Shown in pieces: positions 61,522 through 62,333 of a stretch of DNA of 62,333 nucleotides. The DNA comes from Candidatus Spyradenecus sp. Lineage in GTDB: Bacteria > Verrucomicrobiota > Kiritimatiellia > RFP12 > DVOR01. The position numbers and the translations under genes are program-made. The first letter of the stretch is position 1; each line of letters opens with the position of its first letter. Where the stretch lies: the NCBI GenBank assembly GCA_051884775.1, contig JBJEVY010000075.1, positions 1 through 62,333 of the forward strand, written 5' to 3'. Under the pieces are notes generated by a model, which had not been told where the DNA came from, made no database searches, and saw only the letters and a program-made list of their open reading frames with translations.

Positions 61522-61612
61522 TGGCGGAGAGGGTGGGATTTGAACCCACGGTACCCATAAAGAGTACACAAGATTTCCAGTCTTGCGCCTTCGACCACTC
61601 GGCCACCTCTCC
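61522..61612 (-). tRNA. tRNA-Ser (anticodon GGA), long variable arm, CCA encoded
   Basis: Minus strand reads ggagaggtggccgagtggtcgaaggcgcaagactggaaatcttgtgtactctttatgggtaccgtgggttcaaatcccaccctctccgcca. The anticodon loop is CTGGAAA. Confidence 0.9.
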
Positions 61613-61628
61613 GTAAAGAAGTGCGCAC

Positions 61629-61637
61629 ATTATGGCA
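61629..61637 (-). promoter_or_regulatory. Candidate extended -10 (TGCCATAAT) for tRNA-Ser
   Basis: 16 nt upstream of the mature tRNA 5' end. Confidence 0.45.
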
Positions 61638-61692
61638 CAACCCTCCCCCAAAAAGCAAGCACTTTTTGCGCACGCCTGCGAAATACACGCTG

Positions 61693-61990
61693 GAGGTGAA
61701 CGGTGAGAGGTGCTCGCTGCGCTTGCGTGAGGGTGGCGGCGGCGCCGCCGAGAGGTGCGCCTACGGCGCGTGAGGTGGCCCTGCGGGCCGTGAGGCGCTC
61801 GCTGCCGCTCGCGAGAGGGGCACCTTCGGCGCGCCGGGGGCCACGCCCCCATGCCCCCGCCCACGAGCAAGCTCATGGGCACGCCGGGCCGCGCCGCCTT
61901 TGGCGGACGCGTGGGGTTGCCGAGGACGGCGGCACACAGAACACAGAACGCCCGGCCTAGATAGCCCTTCAGGCAGCAGACCCACCACAC
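61693..61990 (+). repeat. Heptads (61693-61712) followed by GTGAGG-anchored GC hairpin modules
   Basis: gaggtgaacggtgagaggtgctcgctgcgcttgcgtgagggtggcggcggcgccgcc... parallels 11683-11771 and 36877-36961. Confidence 0.75.
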
Positions 61991-61999
61991 CGCGCCCTT

Positions 62000-62333
62000 C
62001 CTGCGTGTCTGCGTTTCTCTGTGGTTTCCACCTGCGTGTGTTTCAGCGCGACAAGGCCTCCGCAGCCCTTCTTTTCTTTGTGTCTCTTTGCGTTCTTTGT
62101 GGTTGCTAATCCTGCGTGTATTTCGGCGTAACAAGGCCTCCACAGCGCTTCTTTTCTTTGTGTTCCTTTGTGGTTGCTAATTCTGCGTGTATTTCGGCGT
62201 GCTTTGCGCTTCTCTGTGGTTTCCCCTCGCGTGTGTTTCGGCGTGACAAGGCCTCCACTGCGCTTCTTTTCTTTGTGTCTCTTTGTGTTGGTAATGTATG
62301 TTGTCGTTGAAGGCTTACTGCGGAGTTTGAAGT
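62000..62333 (+). repeat. Family-A tandem array (forward orientation) running into the contig end
   Basis: Repeated ..ttctttgtggttgctaatcctgcgtgtatttcggcgtRacaaggcctccac.. units. The last 55 nt are the reverse complement of nt 1-55. Confidence 0.85.

Noticed and set aside
2043-61712. Heptad arrays as telomere-like repeats or as evidence that the contig is a Borg-like extrachromosomal element with pervasive tandem repeats
   Set aside because: The arrays are internal, short and heterogeneous in sequence. The replicon carries essential single-copy housekeeping genes and shows no replication, partition or mobile-element genes. A chromosomal origin is far more likely.

Overview
GC-rich bacterial chromosomal contig. 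About 45 protein genes and 2 tRNAs are tightly packed, and all but pflB lie on the minus strand. A PEP-CTERM protein, a 2,299-aa LamG plus beta-strand-repeat exported protein and GT-C membrane enzymes suggest a PVC-type (Verrucomicrobia/Lentisphaerae/Kiritimatiellae-like) organism; that assignment is inference only. Recognisable content: larB-larC-larE-HAD operon divergent from pflB; rplI-rpsR-ssb-rpsF-pth-rplY-prs-tRNA(Gln)-ispE block; an Lnt-TPR fusion followed by GT-C-like membrane proteins and a parvulin lipoprotein; mnmA, speB, an aminotransferase, a CPA2 antiporter, Nif3, hisH-hisF-ung, a GT4-GT2-GT25 fusion with an O-methyltransferase, a PpiD-like chaperone, an AAA-ATPase/PD-(D/E)XK protein, an ADP-ribosylglycohydrolase, MATE, rpe, AEC, an S1-domain protein and tRNA(Ser). 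I found no CRISPR array, transposase, integrase, rRNA or classical defence operon. The unusual part is the non-coding DNA. Almost every long intergenic spacer is built from a modular repeat vocabulary. (1) There are at least 25 tandem arrays of 7-nt units (GTGAACG, GTCGACA, GCGGACA, GATGACA, GTTAGCG types), often as inverted pairs bracketing start codons. (2) Small GC hairpins with GAA/GCA loops are chained behind GTGAGG anchors. (3) 22-bp-phased ACCTCGGGCGG iterons occur at three loci. (4) 70-bp CACAAAG-type tandem arrays occur at five loci. (5) A recurrent hairpin plus TTTTGCTACAAT (extended -10) unit sits immediately upstream of genes. Two exported-protein genes carry C10 tracts in their promoter regions, which makes them candidates for phase variation. 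All function calls come from motif recognition by eye; no database search was possible.
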